DNA of 63,076 bases from Ancylonema sp. (lineage: Eukaryota), in assembly GCA_050230475.1 (NCBI GenBank), contig JBFLGF010000078.1, forward strand, positions 1-63,076, given 5' to 3'. A program made the position numbers and the translations under genes. Shown piece by piece: positions 25,123-40,400 of the stretch; position 1 is the first letter of the stretch; each line of letters opens with the position of its first letter. A model generated the notes under the pieces. The model saw only the letters and a program-made list of their open reading frames with translations, was not told the origin of the DNA and did no database searches.

Positions 25123-26960
25123 ATGGCTGCCGCCGCTGGAGTGGACAGAGCAGCTTTTTTGGCGGTCTACAAGAAGCTGAAAGATGACGTTTTGTCCGAG
25201 TCTGTCAGCTTCCAGCACACACCCGAGTCGCGGCAGTGGGTGGAATCGGTAAGTCACATACTTGAAGCGGATTAAAAATGACAGCAGATCGGAGAGAATT
25301 GCTTAAATGATTCTGTCTGTCTCCATTCAAGAAATAATCTAGCTCAAGGTACACCAAGTTGTCCTCAATGACACCAGGCGGCGTCAGTGAAGACAGACTC
25401 GGAATATCTTGAGCTCGCAGATTCCAGTCACTCCTTTCTGCTCTCTGCCTATCCACCGTTGACGACCGGTCCGTGGCCGCTGTTCTCGCAGAATGTGGAC
25501 CACAATGTGCCGGGAGGTGATGGCACCCTCTTGCCCCCCCTCCTCTTTTTCAAGCTGTGGTGAGGGAGCTGAAGGAGTGAGAGGGGCTTGACCTGACAGG
25601 AAAGCTGAACCGCGGGCTGTCTGTGCTGGACTCTGTGCGCCTCTTGAGAGGGGAGGCTGCCCTCTCGGAGGAGGAATCGTTTCGGGCATGCGCCCTTGGG
25701 TGGTGCGTGGAATGGGTACGGCGCTCGTCCCTTCGCATCCCCCGCGAATGCGTCCCAGGGTCCTCACACCACGCGCCCTCCGCAGCTGCAAGGCTTCTTC
25801 CTCGTCGTGGATGACATCATGGACAAATCCATCACCCGGAGGGGCCAGCCCTGCTGGTACAAGATGCCTCAGGTAGGGCGGGCATGGGGGAAGCATGGGT
25901 TCACCCGATCCGCGACGCTCTGTCCGCCCTGCCTTGCACAGGTCGGGCTGATCGCCATGAACGACGGGATTGTCCTCGAGAGCCACATCTACCTCATCCT
26001 CAGAAAGTACTTCCGGAGGGATGCCTTCTACGCAGACCTTCTGGATCTGTTCCTGGAGGTACGCATTCCCCTCTTTTCAAATACCAGGTCGGTGGGCCTG
26101 GGTCCATCACTGCCCCCCCCATCCCCCCATTCCCCCATCCCTTCCAGACCACCTACCAAACGGCCTCGGGTCAAATGCTGGACCTCATCACCACCCCGGA
26201 GGGGGAGGTGGACCTGTCCAAGTACACCTTGCCGACCTACCTGCGCATCGTGCAGTTCAAGACGGCCTACTACTCCTTCTACCTCCCCGTGGCCTGCGCG
26301 CTGCTGCTGGTCGGGGAGGGGGACCCCGCCAAGTTCGGTACGGCCAAACAGATTCTGGTGCAGATGGGCACCTACTTCCAAGTGCAGGACGACTTTCTGG
26401 ACTGCTTCGGAGAGGCGGCCGTGATCGGGAAGGTGGGCACCGACATCGAGGTCACCAAGTGCTCCTGGCTCGTCGTCCACGCCCTCCAAAGGGCGGACGC
26501 GCGGCAGCGGGCGATCATCCCGGTACCTGGCAGCGCCCCGCCACTGCGCCACCCGTGCACTTACGCCCCCCCCCCCCCCCCTGGGACCCCCACCAGGAGC
26601 AGTACGGCAAATCAGATCCCGCCTGCGTGGCGGCCATCAAGCGGGTGTACGCAGAGCTCGATCTCAAGGTGCTCACCGCGCCTCGCATGCCTCACCGCGG
26701 CTGCAACACCGCAACTGCTGAGAGTACCTTGTTTCACGAGGCAGGGCGCGTTTGAGGAGTACGAGAAGGATAGCCACGAGCAGCTGACAGCTGCCATCTC
26801 AAGGGAACAAGATCCTCGATTCAGGGTGGGTGTAGCTTCCATTGCTCATTTTTCAGTCAACCTGCAAGTGGAGGCAGTGATGAAGTCGTGTGTGTGCGCT
26901 TGTGACTTACAGGCCGTCTTCCATTCATTTCTGGCCAAAATCTACAAGCGACAAAAATAG
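25123..26960 (+). CDS. FPS: Farnesyl pyrophosphate synthase
   Basis: Multi-exon. NVPGG|KLNRG, first Asp-rich motif [40 protein letters not shown], second motif [11 protein letters not shown]-terminus [10 protein letters not shown]. Confidence 0.95.
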
Positions 26961-28552
26961 AGTGGCACTCGGCCTTGTTGCGATATTTAGTATCTCACCC
27001 CCCACCCCTCACCACGCAATGTTGCTATTCCACAATCAGTCCCGCCACGCATCCTCCTCAAAGATGCGATCTACTTGCAATCACGCACACCTGAAGTCAA
27101 GGAAGTGGTAGCCTACAGGCTGCAGACGCATGCATTCACTTGTGTCATGGCCATCATATGCACGACTCTAATTGCGATATCCGCCATCATATGCCCGCGC
27201 ATATTGTGTGACGCTCTCCAACTTCGTGTGCTGAATAATTCTGACGAGATACCCAAGGCAAAGTGATGCGTAGGCCTAGCCGTGAATGGGCACAACTGGG
27301 GTTCACCAATAATCATACAACCCCTCCTCATGTGCGCCTACTAGGCGTAGGCAACTACAATGTATTTTTACGCGTTATTATGCTCCAAACATATGTTGGA
27401 CCCCGAAATAATCCAAAACTACACACTTTGACGACTAGTAGTGGTCGGTGCCCAAAGGTGAGTGACCTCTAGCTATGTATCAGTCATTTGAATGTCAAAG
27501 CCTGGTATCAATCGTGTTATTGAGAATCCTGCGGTAACAAATTCGCCACCTTGCCTTCCATAGGAGAGATAGTCATGTTGTGCTGTCGAGCATTGTGCCC
27601 TCTCACACATGCAACAAAATCGCTCTAAATTCCACGATCGCCACGTGTATCGCCACACGTGCGGACTTCCGAATAATATGTCACATGTGCCACCTAGCAC
27701 GTGCCCGCTAACAACGTTTTTACACACGTACACAACCACGCCATGTGCCTATCGAGTTGTATCTCTCTTTATCGTCTACACCACATAATACTAGCTCACA
27801 TCACGCGCCAATCTACATCATGTGTGAGATTTGTAGTCCTCCAAAATTAGTATAAGCTCTGAAGTCTTCCACTATGTGAGTCAGCCACACTGTTTCTGCG
27901 GCGTGCTGCTAGGACGGGCTGCAGGGCATGCACAATGCTCAATGCACAATGCTTGGACACTAGACTCCAACTCCACTCGTGAGTCATTTTCTTCCTCCCC
28001 CCGGAAATCCTCATGGAAAGAGTGGTGCTCAGCCCCTCATCCCATTGTCAATCGGGAGGTTGGAGGCTACACAAAGGGTGTCCCTTTTTATGTGTAGGTT
28101 GGCTGTCTGTGCTCCTATCGCCGATCAGCACAAAGTGCCCAATCTTACAAGTCAACATTGCTTCTTTTTCTTTTCATAAAGACGCTTTAGGTTTATCACA
28201 AACGGTTGTCAATAGTGTTTGAGTGCAAGAGTTGGGATTGCAAAATGATGGGCAACCATGAGTGTAGACGGTGATAGGATTTAGAAACATGAAAAGACGT
28301 ATCTTGATTCTGCACACTGACTTTGGGTACACATATCTGCCATCAGGCATTCCGAATGACCTCAAAAAGCGAAGGATGGTGCGAAGCCCTACTCCACTCG
28401 GGTCCTCATCTATGATTTGTGTCTTGTCAATGCGTTCATTATTTTGATGTTGTTGTCTTGTCGTGTGGCGCTGATGTGTCATTCAAGATGTGCAAGATGT
28501 GCGATGTATCCTTTCCGATTTCACCATAACGGGATTCATGCGAGGGCATCCA

Positions 28553-31179
28553 TCAGCCCCCTTCCTGCTGCCCCTCTCCGCTCAGTCCGTTTTGTGCTCT
28601 CAGCCGGGCCATCAGCAGCCCCACTCCATCCCCCGCCCGCGCCTGCTTGAAGCGGGACCGCCCCCCCCCCGATGCCGCTGGGACCACCCTGACGTCAGTA
28701 GCAGCAGGTGCCACCTGGCCACTCACAGCCTCCTCCCCCACTGGGGCAGCCACTACCCCTTCCTCTCCCGTCACCGGAGCGGGCGAGCGACTGAGCAGGC
28801 GCACATCCAGCAACGAATCCAAACCGATCTGAAGGCACGCACCAAGCATGAGGGCATGAGGGCATGAGGGCATGAGGGCATGAGAGCATGAACGCATCTC
28901 GGCCCATCCCCCCCACGTTGCCTCACATGTAAGTCCCCGTTTTGGTCGTAGGGCGGGGGGTAGGCAACCGGTTCCTCCTCCTCCTCCTGCCCTTCTGCTT
29001 CCCTCCTCTGCTCTTCCAGCACCTGCCCCTTGGTGGCTGCAGAGCACATGATCTTCAGCAGACCCAGCGCCGAATCCCTGCCTGCCACCTGCCCACTCTG
29101 CACCGCCCACCGCCCACCGCCCACCATAAGGTGCCAGGACCGCAATCATCCCACCCCTTCCTCCCCTCCCCCCCCTCACCCGGTAGGCAGAGACTTCGGG
29201 AGTCCAGGAGGTGGACAGCTGGACCACTCTGAATGCCACCTCATCGCCCACCTGCAAGATGGCAAGATGGCAGGATGAGAGTGTGATCCGCAACCCGCCC
29301 TCCCGCCACCTGGCAGCGCACCTGGATGGGTCCTTCCAGCGCGGGAAACAAGGTGAAGCCCTGCTCCCCTCCCACCCCCCCCTCCGCCTCCTCCTCCACC
29401 TCTGCCACCCCCTCCTCCTCCTCCTCCTCCTCCGCCTCGGCCTCCATTCTGTGGTTGAGATCTGGTATGGCAGCCCCCTTCCCGTAGGCTTGCTGCCCGT
29501 GGCGCTTGCTGTGGTACACCCCCACCTCCACCCCCTCCCCCCCTGCTGCCGCCACGTCGGAAGCCTTGCCTGTCAGCCCCCCCCCAACAAGCGCCCCGAC
29601 ATCATCTACGGAACGATGACGAGCAAGTGAGCGACGGAGTGCGCCTCCCACCGTCCAAGGCGAAGCGCACGTGGCGTTGGCTGAGAGAGGGGGAGGGAGT
29701 GGAGTCTGGGTGGCGAAGCGCAGACTTCACTTCGGGTGTGATGCGCTCCAGCACAGGCGTGGGAACAGCCTCTCCCTCGGCCTTGGCTGCCTCTCGCTTG
29801 TACATCTTCTTCTTCTGCTTCCTCCGCGTGCTGCGACTCACCTTGCCACTGCCCGTGCTGCTAGGAGGCGCACTCGAATCCCCCCCGCCCCCCTCCTGCC
29901 CACTCCCTTGCTTGGTGGGAGTGGTGAACACAAGGTCGCCCCCTCCCGCCCTTCACACCCCCAGAGGCGAGAGGCAAGAGGCGACTGTCAGGATCGTCGC
30001 CCATCCCGTCAGGAGGCCATCCACTCACATCTCCTCGCTCGCCTCCACAGCGTGCTCCTTTTTCTTCTTCGTTTTTTTCTGCCCTTCCCCTTCTGCCACA
30101 CTCCCCCCCGTCCGGCTCCTCTTCCCTCCTCCGACTTGCACAACCATCTGTTGCTCTCCCTCCCGTTTCCCCCCCTTGCGCTTTCCTTTCTTAGGAGTGA
30201 GCGACCCCACGGGGCTCTGCCTGTCACAAACTCCATCCTCAACCATAGTTGCATCTGGTGGTCCATCGCCATCCCCTCCATCCCCACTTTGGTTGGGGGG
30301 GGGATGCTCAGGGGGGCACTCCTTCAAAGACTCATCAGCCGCCTCCTTCTTCTTCCTCTTCTTCTTCTTCTTCAGTGTTGCCTCTTCAGCTTGAGACGTT
30401 GAGAGGGGAGGCAGAAGCAAAGGGTCAGCCCCATCTCCTCCTCCTCTAGGTTGGATGCTGCACTCCACGGCACAGAACGCACATTTGCGGGACATCATTC
30501 AGCTGCCGCATGTGAAGCCTGAGTGCATTCTCACTTCCCACAGATCCCACGGGGCAGGTTCCGATGAGAAAAGGTTCGTTGCGCACTTCTTCCTCTACTT
30601 CCTTCTTCTCTCTACTTTGCGGCACGCGAGAATGAGACAGCCTGCAGCATCATGCCAGATTCCTGTTCTGATTGCGCCGCACACAAGGCACCTGACAACA
30701 TCGAGGTCGCGAATGATGCGGATGGATTCCGATGGCCTCACGAGATCTGCATCCACCTGCGCGCACAATGACAGGAGCAGCAAGGAATTCAGCAAAACGT
30801 ACTCCCAGAATTCCTACACATGTACCGCAGCCCACCAGGAAAGAATGTGTCGGAAGATACCATACAGCTTTGGAGGACACAGGCGCCCTTCCATCCACTT
30901 CACATCAAGACACTTCTCTGATTGTGTCTGCATGAGGGCGAGCCACTCAGAGTGATGTTTGGTCGCTGTACGTGTGCCAACCTTGAGTATGAGGCCATGA
31001 GGACAAGAGGGTGTGAGGTCGAATTCTTCGATCAAGTATTGTTCCAAGCTGGCGATGGAGGTTATGGCGGACGGGATCAAAATCCGGCATGCGTCACGAG
31101 CCATCGCTCGGTCAAAGATACAGCGCAGACGGGGGGGAGGAACTTTTTCGTCGGCCGGCACCGCACTTGACATCTTCAT
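28553..31179 (-). CDS. Coilin (plant-type)
   Basis: N-terminal domain RLRCIF..FDLTPSCPHGLIL|VDADLVRPSESIRIIRDLDVVR; Lys-rich linker; KVSRSTRRKQKKK; HVRF; Tudor-like VGDEVAFRVVQLSTSWTPEVSAYR..DSLLDVRLL; C-terminal MARLRAQNGL. Confidence 0.82.
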
Positions 31180-31753
31180 GCTAGCCCGGAGCAATGTGTA
31201 GGTCCAACGTATGATAAACTATGAGCTTGGAATGCACACTAATAACGAGATGCTCTTCACTTGGTGATCCTCCCGCAGTCCCAGACTCTGCTTTTGGTGG
31301 GGCACATTGAATCAATTGCGGAGTGGAAAATGTCTGCAGTTTGACTCACTGTGACGCTGTCCGTCGTCTGAATGGAGAGCAGCAAATCGAAGTTGGAGGG
31401 CTGGAAAACGCGCGCTTGAAAACGAAACCCCGAACGTGCCGAGGAGCGCGCAGAAATGAAGGATCCGAAGAGCGCACCAAATGATTCGGGGAACTTCCTT
31501 GTTCGTGGTAGTTATTCATGGAAAGAATGGCTGTTGCTGTCAGACGATGTGTAACTCGGTCGCACGTCGCGTTCGTGCAGTGAGAGAGGAGGCTTCGATT
31601 GCCCGTACCAGTACCCTCACGTTCCACGCTAACATCCTCGTTCCAAAGCATTCGGTGTCCCCATTTTACGCTGCCGCTGCATGAATTAATAGAATTGCGG
31701 AGTAGACTGCAATGAGTGCACATAGTTTCTGACAACATGTGAGCACATTCTTC

Positions 31754-33243
31754 ATGACGGAAGCTGCAGAGGCTCGCGAAGAGGAGCTGACAGCATTGGA
31801 GGCCATCTATGGATCACAGTGCCACGTGTCGCCAGATCGTCACCAGTGCACTGTCAGTCCCGAGTACCTTACACACCAAAAACAGCTGTAGTACACCTCG
31901 GCTTTGCACACCTCCCCCGACCGAGTTCAAACTTGCCGCCTTTTCTTGTACAGTTGTCCTTGTTTTCTTATACAATCTGTGTTTCAAGCTCAGTTTCTTG
32001 TTCAGTTGCAGGTTGCCGCGGTGGAAGGAAGCTCTGGACCGTTTTTGACCCTACTTGTGCACATTCCCCCAACGTACCCAACAGACCCTCCTGTGGCCGA
32101 GCTGGAGTCGCCCTTCCTGTCTCGCTCTGCAACGCAACAGGCATGGCTGGGCCTCCAGGACTCGGCAGCGAGCAGGCCAGGAGAGGTCCTACTCTTCCAG
32201 TGGGTGGAGTGGCTGAAGGTCCGGACTCCCATCATCCACCACAGCCACGTGCGAATAAGAGATAATCATTGGCCACACGCTCCAGCTGTGCAGGAGCAGG
32301 AGTGGATATGGGAAGAAGCGGAGCAGTGGGAGCGCCGGGTGTCGGAGGAACAGACAGCGTCCAAGTCTGCAGCTGCTCAAGAAGCCTTCCAGCAGCAGCA
32401 GTAAGCTGGAAGGAGAATCAGAAAACACCCTCACCTCACACCATTCCCTTCTGCTGCTCTTTTGACGTGGCAGAGAGTTGGCACCAGTCTCGAGCAAGGA
32501 GACAGACGGTGATCTGGAGGAGTTGGAGGCCCAGCTGCAGGTGGTGCATGGAGTTCCCTTCACAGAGAAACGAAGTAAGGCAGGATCCCCCCTCCTTCCT
32601 CCCAAGCAGCCAGGCAGGAGAGGGCATCCAAGTGTGCTGCGTGGTGCGTGGTGCGTGGCAGGTACATTTCAAGCGCATGTGGCTCCTGTGAGCAGCGTGG
32701 CAGAGGTGGAGGCTGTCATGGACGTCCTCCTCTCCAACCGCAAGCTGGCCGCAGCCACACACGCCATCATGGCCTACAGGATCGCGCAGCCCAACGGAAG
32801 TGTGAGCACGTGTGTGGGAATGTAGGATGGGAGGGATGGGAGGGATGGGAAGGATGGGAAGGAGGTGAGGCGTTGTTGTCGTTGTTGCTCTGCAGATGAT
32901 GCACGATCAGAACGACGACGGGGAGAGTGCTGCTGGTGGGAGGTTGCAGCATTTGCTGCAGACTGTTGATGCTCGGAATGTGGTAAGGGGAGGTCACACA
33001 TCATGCCATGTGGGCCCACCAACGGGCCAACTAGGGGACCGGGTACAGGTGGTGGTGGTTACCCGGTGGTACGGAGGAATCCTTTTGGGCCCTGACCGCT
33101 TCAAGCACATCAATAATGCCGCGAGGACGCTACTGGATGCCTGCGGGTACATCGCCAAAAGTGGCAAAAAGCACAAGGGTTCCACATCTGCAGGGAGCAC
33201 AAAGGGTGAGTTCAAGGCTCACCAGGCTCACCAGGCTCACTAG
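31754..33243 (+). CDS. IMPACT: IMPACT/Yih1-like protein (RWD + UPF0029)
   Basis: RWD domain EELTALEAIYG..IPPTYPTDPP..VLLFQWVEWL; ancient domain FTEKRS|TFQAH..AATHAIMAYRI..DDGESAAGGRL..VVVTRWYGGILLGPDRFKHINN. Confidence 0.92.
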
Positions 33244-35537
33244 GCTCACTCGGTTCGCTATGCTTGCCATGGCAGGTCGAAAGAGGTGAGCGAGTGTCGA
33301 GTCTCGAGTGTTGAGTTGGTGAGAAACAGCGCGCGAATAGCCAAGTGGAGCTCCAGCAACCGGTGGCAACCTCCAAAAGATATTATGGTATGCTGGATTG
33401 CCTTACAATTGGAAGGTATGTTGAAAGCTTGGACAAACCGTTTTGGTCAAAAGTGGTGGAGCCAAAGGGTTGTGCCTCTCCAGTTTGTGTTGAAGGAGGA
33501 GTGAGCATGATGGTGGAACCATGGTTACATGCGCGGCGGACAGCATTTGTCGACAAGAGACAAGTTGTATCTCTAGCCACAACGCAAGGTCGTCCGATTG
33601 CTTCCTTCTTCATTAGCATCGTATTGACCTCCATTGACCTCCATTTACGTTATTTGCTCTTTGTGTGTTGATTGTCTCACACATTCAATCGGAATTATGA
33701 AAGAGTTGCGATTTGTGTATTCCCATAGTATACGAAGCACCGTCCTCTTCATGTGTGGACGTAACATTGCACATTATATTGTTTCTCATCAAGCATTCTA
33801 CCTAATCAAATGCTTATTACAGCTCTCAATTGTTCCTTACGTCCTCAAGAAAGAAGCAAAATGTCGCACAAATGTAATGTAGGTGCGATATGGAGATCCA
33901 ATCTCTGCGAATTAGTCATATAAGTCGTGCAAACCCCATTGTTGTGCACATATGCTCCTTCGCTGTTCAAAATGGTCGTGCCAACTGCCATTTAATCAAC
34001 TTCGGATTCATGGTGGGGTAATGACGGTAATGAATATCCGTTATGATGTTATCTATGTTCACGAAATCGATGTTTTATTGCCAAACTGAAATTGTCAACA
34101 TTGTTTGGTACTAGTAGCAACATGGCCGAACAAGGCTCATATTTGCAATGTGCACAACAAAACAACGGCACTACAGGTTCCTCCCTCGTCATTATCTCAA
34201 AGTGGAGTAAATTGCTCAACATTGTACATGGAGAACACTTTTCGTACGTAATGGAGTTGTACACGAATATGATGATGTCAAACGAAATCGTTTTCCATCA
34301 CAAAATAGAAAACCATAAATTCACTCTCCAGACTAAATACAATTTATGTGGCATGTGACCGGGTATGACCATGCACTATTTATATATGTAGATTTGAATA
34401 TCTTTACTATCAAGGTTTTCTCGCATCGGGGAAAAGAATGTTGCAAAAGAAAACCAAACTTAGGAAGGTTGCACGGTTTGAGACACTAGGGTATATAACC
34501 CTAGATTTCGTATTTTTGTGTACGCGCCTCACCAACTACGATTTTCAAGAGATTTTGATATATGCGAGTGGGACTTTCACATTTGTGTTTTTCCTCGATG
34601 TTCCCGCAAAATGTGCTCCTAGAAAGTACTCATCCACACTAAATGGCGAGGGTGTATCCGCCTCTCCAACAACTCTTTCCGTGTCCACCTCTCCAACCCC
34701 TCGATGACGGGCACAATGAATAAGAATTTCGACAACGCGCTATTCTTCTTGGAAACTTCCTTCTACGCGTCTGCCCAAGCATACATTGATGGCAGGATTT
34801 CAAACTCGATGCCGTGCTTTTTCATCCCTTTGTACACAAACTCCTGGTCTTGGCTGGTAGGGGGCATAATATGTGCGACAACAACATGAGGGTTGGACGG
34901 GCGACCTAGACTGTGCGCTCGAGGCCTTCAGTAACCCGACTTCATTGCCATGTTGTGTACATCCTACAGAGACACTTCTCAGTGATGTTAACCATTTTGT
35001 GAAACCACCTCTAACACCCAATGGACAATGCTAATCCCGAGATGGGGCCCATACAGTGTCTCCGGTGCGGAGAGACGTGGGTAGAATATGGTTGAAATTT
35101 TTGCAATTCGGTAAAGTGGAGGATGTTATGTGACCGTTGGCAAGGTACACTGTACACACACCTACGATTGCACGTGGCATACAATGTGGCTCAGCACTTC
35201 TGAAGCATGTTTGTGGTAAGGCTTCAATCCCACTTGCACCATACGGCACCTAGACCCCGCCACCACATCTCTCACACGACGACTTGGTAGGACACACCAT
35301 TTCCTCTCCGAATAATTCTAGTTTGAAAGGGACTCACTTCGCAGGTGGCATTCCATTTACGACAGTATCAATGTACAAGAATGTCTTTTTTTTGTCAACT
35401 GCCTCCGCTCTCATTCTTTGCTTGAATTGGTTCTCAACGCAGATGCAAGAAGGTCGGATATGATCACAGCCCACATTCAGCACTCTTTCTGCATTTTGTG
35501 TCGTAACTTGCGGCACAAAACAATCCCTTCCCCTCGT

Positions 35538-36606
35538 CTAGTAGAACTCTTCCTGCTGCGTCTTCCTCCTCAGCTCCTCCTACACCCGACAAGAGGTCAA
35601 TATTAAAACTCGAATCGGTGATCCATCCCAGACCTGGCTCTCGTGCACATCCAAATGCCATTTTCCTTTTTGGACCTCAAAACATATGCAACAATTGAGG
35701 GGGTCTCTTCTTCCCTCGTAGACCTTATCTATGTGTTTCCCATAGCGGCATTTGATCGTACCTCAAACGACCTTTTCAGGATATTCATTTCCTCATCCAG
35801 GCACCCAAGGGCTTGCTTGTACGCCTGCTCAGGGGAAGACTGGCTGTTGGTCTGGATCTGCGCAATGTGAACACAGTGGTCACATGGTGGGGGGCAGCAG
35901 AGTGGGCCACTTCCAGCAACTTGTGCATGCACATGCTTCACTAGCATCGACCCCGCTTCTGTCTCATCTTCTGCAATACAAATGATGCACCAAAGCGAAG
36001 AGAACAGAGAGAGGGTGGGTACCTTGACAATCACCTCATACTTGAGGGGGTGCGGAAACTTGTACCCTGAAAACAGCACATGGGGATCTCGATGGAGCTG
36101 CCTGCCTCCCCTCCCACAGACTCAAACAAGATGAGCACACGGTCACCCTCATTTCTGCACCCTACATATTTGCTGATCGCAAAGGCGGCCTACTCTAGAT
36201 ATGAGCCAGCTGGCTCCCCCTCACATTCTGATGAGATTCCCGAGAGTGTGGTCCTCCCTCTGCAGCACGAACGTGGCAGCGTTCATCACCTTGGTGTCGC
36301 GCTCCACCGTCACCCTGCACAGTCATCGAACGAGCCCTGGGTGACTGGGCAAGCTGCCAACATGTAGGGGATTGCCAGATAATTCTTGGTTTATTATTAT
36401 TATTAAAAAAAAAAAAAAAAAAACAGACTGGCCGTTCTATTTATGCCCCCTAGATATTCTCTGACTAATGAGCGATTGTTTGCTTAAAGCACCAGGGCAA
36501 GGGTTGAGGTCGGGGGTCCAGCTTTGGGCTGATATGTACTCCACGCTTACTTATGCATGTCATCGGGCACAACAAAGCGCTCATAGCGGTCAGGGGCGTT
36601 CGTCAT
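35538..36606 (-). CDS. RPB11: RNA polymerase II subunit 11
   Basis: Five short exons mostly missed by the ORF track: [19 protein letters not shown] | [30 protein letters not shown] | [26 protein letters not shown] | [32 protein letters not shown] | [13 protein letters not shown] (last exon inferred). Confidence 0.93.
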
Positions 36607-37489
36607 GGAGGCTTTTTCACTGATCACACAAATAAACCTGAGCACCAGCAAGGAACGGGAAGAAAAAATATTTGAACAGCCGGAGACGTTTACCAAAACT
36701 TATGGGCCCAGTACCTATTAGTGGCAGGCAGCTCGACTTCTTCCAATACTTCTACCAATTAGGTGCCTCAAACTTGTACGTCAAAATTCAATTTCTCCAC
36801 CTTACTCTCGATCGAAAACTGGAATTTTAATGAGGAGACGGAATCATTGAAGCTGATGAAAATCTCCGCAAGTAGCACCTGAACCGATGGTATGAACACA
36901 TTATTGCAGACGCGTTCTCTCTTTATTTTTGGACCTCCTTGCTGCTCTGCGTGACACTTACTTGTTATCACTGGATCCAGGGATGGCGTAATCTAGCTAA
37001 ATAGCTCGCCGGAAGGTGGCATCCTCGCTGGTTTTTACTAAAACGGACACTGTAGAATCGAATGGCACTGACTCATGCGGCACGTATGTGGAAAATCAAG
37101 ATGTTGATGGCTGTGATTCTTGCCTTTGTTGCTGGGCAGATTATGAGCAGTAGCGGAGGATTCAAGCGTGGGAAGGAGGCCGGACGACATCGTGCAGAAC
37201 AAATTCCATCCCACGGTATTTTCGCGAGTTGACCACCGATACACCACACATAACACATGACACAGGCTCTCGTTTCTCGATATTACGAACGGCTTCGGCG
37301 TATCCTGACCGAAGCAAGTGGGAGTAGACGTGTCGCCATCTACGTGACGCTGGCTACGATCGACGCTTGCTGGCGTATTTAGGGCAGCGCCTCGTAGTCA
37401 ACTAGTTACCGGAAGTTCCTTGCCAACGCTGTCAGCTGATCCTCGCGCTCCTGATGCAGCATTGACGACATTCGCCTCACGTCTACTGT

Positions 37490-40400
37490 ATGCAATCCAA
37501 GAGGAAAAGCGAGGAGGCCCAAGCGCAGGGGTCTCTGCTGAAGAAATCTCGGCCCGTTTGTCTTTTGGACGCTGACGTTGCTATGACGGGTGGCGAAATG
37601 GTTGCTCCGGTAGAGATTGATGAGGATCTACACAGCAGGCAGCTCGCCGTGTACGGCAGGGAAACTATGCGACGCTTGCTGGGAGCTAACGTTCTCGTCT
37701 CTGGTTTGAAGGGTCTTGGCGTAGAAGTTGGTATAATACTCAATCCTTCATTTAAAATCAATGTGTTAAATGCTGTGACTTTACCACTCATCGGAAAGAG
37801 AATCGATCGTCGTGTACCTGGAGGTTAAGTGTAATTTTATTTTGGAGCCCAAGTATTTATTTTTTTACCTGTGGGCAGTGTTTCTGGTAAAGAGACAAGC
37901 AAACCGCTTTCTCACAACTTCTGAATAAGCATTAATTCTCGAGCTACATTCACACAAATTCGTTTTTGTAAGGTATGGTCACATGAAGTCAACCAATTCT
38001 TGTACGGATCAAAGCGTATCGTACTGTCAATTTTGGCTGCAAGTGTGTTGAATTCGTATGTATTGGAAGAGGTTGTGGGGCGACTTTTCAGGCTTCCGGC
38101 TCCACTCGCTGGTCAGGAGCGTATTATGACTGTGACGGAGCTGGATCCTGATTGCTTACTATTGATCTTGTATTGCAGCTAAAAATATTATTCTTGCGGG
38201 AGTGAAGTCTGTGGCTCTTCATGACCTAAGACCTACAGATCTGTCGGATCTGAGTTCTCAGTTCTACTTGCAAGAATCAGATGTTGGGAAGCCGAGAGCC
38301 GCAAGCTGTAGAGATCGCCTGGCTGAGCTCAATAAGGCTGTGGATGTATCAGTGGTTACTGATGATATTACTGAATCACTTCTACACAAATTTCAGGTAT
38401 ATTCCCAAGGTGGCTTTTTCGTGATAACTTTGGTGCATTCACTGTTTCCTTTAGTTACAATCAATCTCACGTGCCAGATGCACTGTGGTGTAATTTTTAC
38501 CCAGGAAGTAAAATGAGGCGCAAGCACAGCGGACAGACCTTCGCTTTGTCGCAGTGCTCTGAGTCGCACTCCGTGTGCTTCCGCTTGCAGGCAGTTGTAT
38601 TCACAGACACTCCTCTCGAGAAGCAGATTCGGTACGATGGGATATGCCGCTCCTTGGATCCTGCCGTGGCATTTATCAGCTCTGACATCCGAGGACTGTT
38701 TGGATCCGTCTTTTGTGATTTTGGACCCTCGTTTTTAGTCGCGGACGTGGATGGCGAGGTGGCGTTCTCCGGAATCGTCGCGTCCATTAGCAATGACAGT
38801 CCGGCACTTGTTACGTGTGTAGACGATGAGAGGCTGTCGTTCCAAGACGGGGACTTGGTGGTGTTTTCGGAGGTGAAGGGCATGACGCAGCTGAATGACG
38901 GAAAGCCTCGAAAGGTGTCAAATGTGAAGGCCCATTCCTTCTATCTGGAGGAGGACACGAGCAGCTTTTGCGAATACTCAGGGGGCGGCATTGTGGCGGA
39001 AGTGAAGCAACCGAAAACTCTCAACTTCCAGTCCTTGGAAGAGTCTCTCGCGAAACCTGGAGAGTTTCTGCTGAGCGACTATGCCAAATTCGATCGCCCT
39101 CCTCAGATTCACATCGGGTTCCAGAGTTTGGATGCCTTTTATGCAAAGAAGGGCAGGATGCCCGGTCCAGGTTCAGCAGAAGACTTTTCCGTGTTGCTGG
39201 ATCTGGCCACCGGAGTGAATGCGAGGGCAGGAGACGCGAAGGTGGAGATTCTGGACGAGAAGGTGCTGAAGCACTTGGCGAACGGAGCGTCCGCGGATCT
39301 CAACCCAATGGCAGCAATGTTTGGCGGAATTGTGGGCCAGGAGGTTGTGAAGGCTTGCTCCGGAAAGTTCCATCCCTTGTTCCAGGTGACCCACACTTCC
39401 AGACAGAATCGAGTGGCATCATCGTGAACGGATCCCGTTTTCTGTTGTACAGAATAAGTACTTATTCTGCTCATCAAGCTCTCGCAAGCTCTTCCCTCTT
39501 CCTGTCCTGACCCAAAGGTTTCTCTCTTCCTCTGCAGTAGCTCTACTTCGACTCGCTGGAGTCCCTCCCTGTGCAGCCTTTGTCAGCGGAGGAGGTGAAG
39601 CCTCTGGGGACGCGATATGATGGCCAGGTGGCAGTCGGTGGTAGGACAGTGCAGGAGAAGCTAGCCAAAGCAAAGGTTTTCTTGGTCGGAGCGGGGGCCT
39701 TGGGCTGCGAGCTGCTGAAGAACCTGGCCCTCATGGGAGTGGGCTGTGGCGAGGGCGGCCAAGTGACCGTCACGGACGACGACACCATCGAGAAGAGCAA
39801 TCTGAGCCGCCAGTTCCTGTTCAGAGACTCCAACATTGGGCAAGCCAAGTCGTCTGTGGCAGGAGGCGCTGCCAGGGCCATCAACCATGCGTTCGCTGTG
39901 AGGGCGCTGCAGAACCGCGTGAGTCCGGAGACGGAAAGTGTGTTCGATGACACCTTCTGGGGCGGCCTGGACGTGGTGGTGAACGCGCTGGACAACGTGA
40001 GCGCGCGCCTCTACGTGGACTCGCGCTGCGTGTACCTCCAGAAGCCCCTCCTCGAGTCCGGAACTCTGGGCACCAAGTGCAACACCCAGATGGTCATCCC
40101 CCACCTCACCGAAAACTACGGAGCCTCCCGAGACCCTCCCGAGAAGCAGGCCCCCATGTGCACCCTGCACTCCTTCCCGCACAACATCGACCACTGCCTC
40201 ACGTGGGCCCGCTCCGAGTTCGAGGGCCTCCTGGAGAAGACCCCCGCAGAAGCGAACGCCTTCCTGGCCAAGCCCCGGGAATACCTCAAGGAGGCCAGGG
40301 AGGCAGGCGACGCGCAGGCCAGGGAGGCGCTGGAGAGGGTTGTGGAGGTGCTGGTGACGGAGAGGTGCACCACCTTTGAGGACTGCATCAAGTGGAGTCG

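Noticed and set aside
34560..35300. Coding-like degenerate minus-strand stretch
   Set aside because: Stop-interrupted, with no motif I can assign to a family.
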